From NCBI GenBank assembly GCA_051453625.1, contig JBOZIK010000001.1, forward strand, positions 12,106,932-12,145,431: a stretch of 38,500 nt of DNA, written 5' to 3'. The notes under the pieces were generated by a model. That model ran no database searches and was not told where the DNA came from. It was given only the letters and a program-made list of their open reading frames with translations. The position numbers and the translations under genes were made by a program. This DNA comes from Welwitschia mirabilis. Taxonomy: Eukaryota. Below are positions 37,014 through 38,500 of this stretch, one piece after another (position 1 is the stretch's first letter; each line of letters opens with the position of its first letter).

Positions 37014-38500
37014 ATGTCGATGTCCACCCGCAGTAAGTAAGCCTGCATCTCTAAAGACGAGTACAAGGTACTCGTTCAAAAACACCCTTCGACTCTTACT
37101 CCTAACGAACTTTGTGTCATGAATGACTACAGAAGTTAATGGGAGGGTTACCTCACTAATCCCACCCAAAGAATTCATTCCTGGGCAATTAGAAAACTGG
37201 TAATTTCAAGTGATGAGAACAAGATTCTCCCTGAAGATTCGTTTTCACAAAAATACGACAAAAACCAAGAATTTGTAAATGAATGGAGTTGCGACAAAAA
37301 AATTAAAACATCACAAAAAGCCACACAACAAATTCCAAAGAAAGACTTCAACAATGATAGTCTATTTGAGTATGAAACAAATGACGACGAGCCACCCNNN
37401 NNNNNNNNNNNNNNNNNNNNNNNNNNNNNNNNNNNNNNNNNNNNNNNNNNNNNNNNNNNNNNNNNNNNNNNNNNNNNNNNNNNNNNNNNNNNNNNNNNNN
37501 NNNNNNNNNNNNNNNNNNNNNNNNNNNNNNNNNNNNNNNNNNNNNNNNNNNNNNNNNNNNNNNNNNNNNNNNNNNNNNNNNNNNNNNNNNNNNNNNNNNN
37601 NNNNNNNNNNNNNNNNNNNNNNNNNNNNNNNNNNNNNNNNNNNNNNNNNNNNNNNNNNNNNNNNNNNNNNNNNNNNNNNNNNNNNNNNNNNNNNNNNNNN
37701 NNNNNNNNNNNNNNNNNNNNNNNNNNNNNNNNNNNNNNNNNNNNNNNNNNNNNNNNNNNNNNNNNNNNNNNNNNNNNNNNNNNNNNNNNNNNNNNNNNNN
37801 NNNNNNNNNNNNNNNNNNNNNNNNNNNNNNNNNNNNNNNNNNNNNNNNNNNNNNNNNNNNNNNNNNNNNNNNNNNNNNNNNNNNNNNNNNNNNNNNNNNN
37901 NNNNNNNNNNNNNNNNNNNNNNNNNNNNNNNNNNNNNNNNNNNNNNNNNNNNNNNNNNNNNNNNNNNNNNNNNNNNNNNNNNNNNNNNNNNNNNNNNNNN
38001 NNNNNNNNNNNNNNNNNNNNNNNNNNNNNNNNNNNNNNNNNNNNNNNNNNNNNNNNNNNNNNNNNNNNNNNNNNNNNNNNNNNNNNNNNNNNNNNNNNNN
38101 NNNNNNNNNNNNNNNNNNNNNNNNNNNNNNNNNNNNNNNNNNNNNNNNNNNNNNNNNNNNNNNNNNNNNNNNNNNNNNNNNNNNNNNNNNNNNNNNNNNN
38201 NNNNNNNNNNNNNNNNNNNNNNNNNNNNNNNNNNNNNNNNNNNNNNNNNNNNNNNNNNNNNNNNNNNNNNTTCTAGGTCAACCTTGTTACTCGCCACCTC
38301 AACAACTACCCAATTTTCAAGCACAACTGCCACCTCAATGATAACAAATCCAATCACCTCAACAATAGTCCCAGAATCAACAACAACCCTTTATGACTCA
38401 AAGCCAAGACCAAAATCGGTCTGAAAACCAAAACACCATTCAAAGACCTAGGAGAAACTTTACTAGGTTACAAATTCCATTGACAAGGAACCTTGGAATT
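37014..38500 (+). pseudogene. gag-like ORF with point stops, split by an 873-N gap
   Basis: Before the gap: MSMSTRSK*ACISKDEYKVLVQKHP...DDEPP. After it: a Q/P-rich tract, then RPRRNFTRLQIPL (compare Tat/Ogre gag R.FTPL..PL). Confidence 0.65.

Larger units (their letters stand above)
36603..38500 (+). mobile_element. 5' end of a Tat-superclade Ty3/gypsy element, running off the window
   Basis: Short LTR, tRNA-Asn PBS and a gag-like frame. Confidence 0.75.

Overview
This AT-rich, gapped window looks like plant draft-assembly DNA and is almost entirely a nest of decayed retrotransposons. I found no intact host gene, RNA gene or CRISPR array. From left to right: (1) the 3' end and 3' LTR of a + strand Athila-like Ty3/gypsy (1-1930); (2) an 808-bp protease fragment of an older Athila (1931-2738); (3) a - strand Athila-like element with 3' LTR, PPT, an extra ORF and integrase (2739-~9400); (4) a - strand SIRE/Maximus-like Ty1/copia (~10330-14956); (5) a + strand Tekay/Del chromovirus pol (14957-17008); (6) a + strand SIRE-like copia with two alignable LTRs and a tRNA-Met PBS (17963-~25420); (7) a possible MULE end plus gypsy gag and pol fragments (25712-30420); (8) a copia-like remnant with a triplicated PBS (~31320); (9) an L1-like LINE ORF1 and CpG-retaining 5' region (~33250-35030); (10) the 5' LTR, tRNA-Asn PBS and gag of a Tat-like gypsy (36603-38500). 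Family calls come from hand translation through stops and frameshifts and from remembered motifs, not database searches, and many boundaries are approximate. I see no convincing novel biological system. The most notable signals are fossil methylation decay of LTR palindromes, an abrupt CpG boundary inside the LINE, the triplicated PBS and the well-preserved Athila extra ORF.
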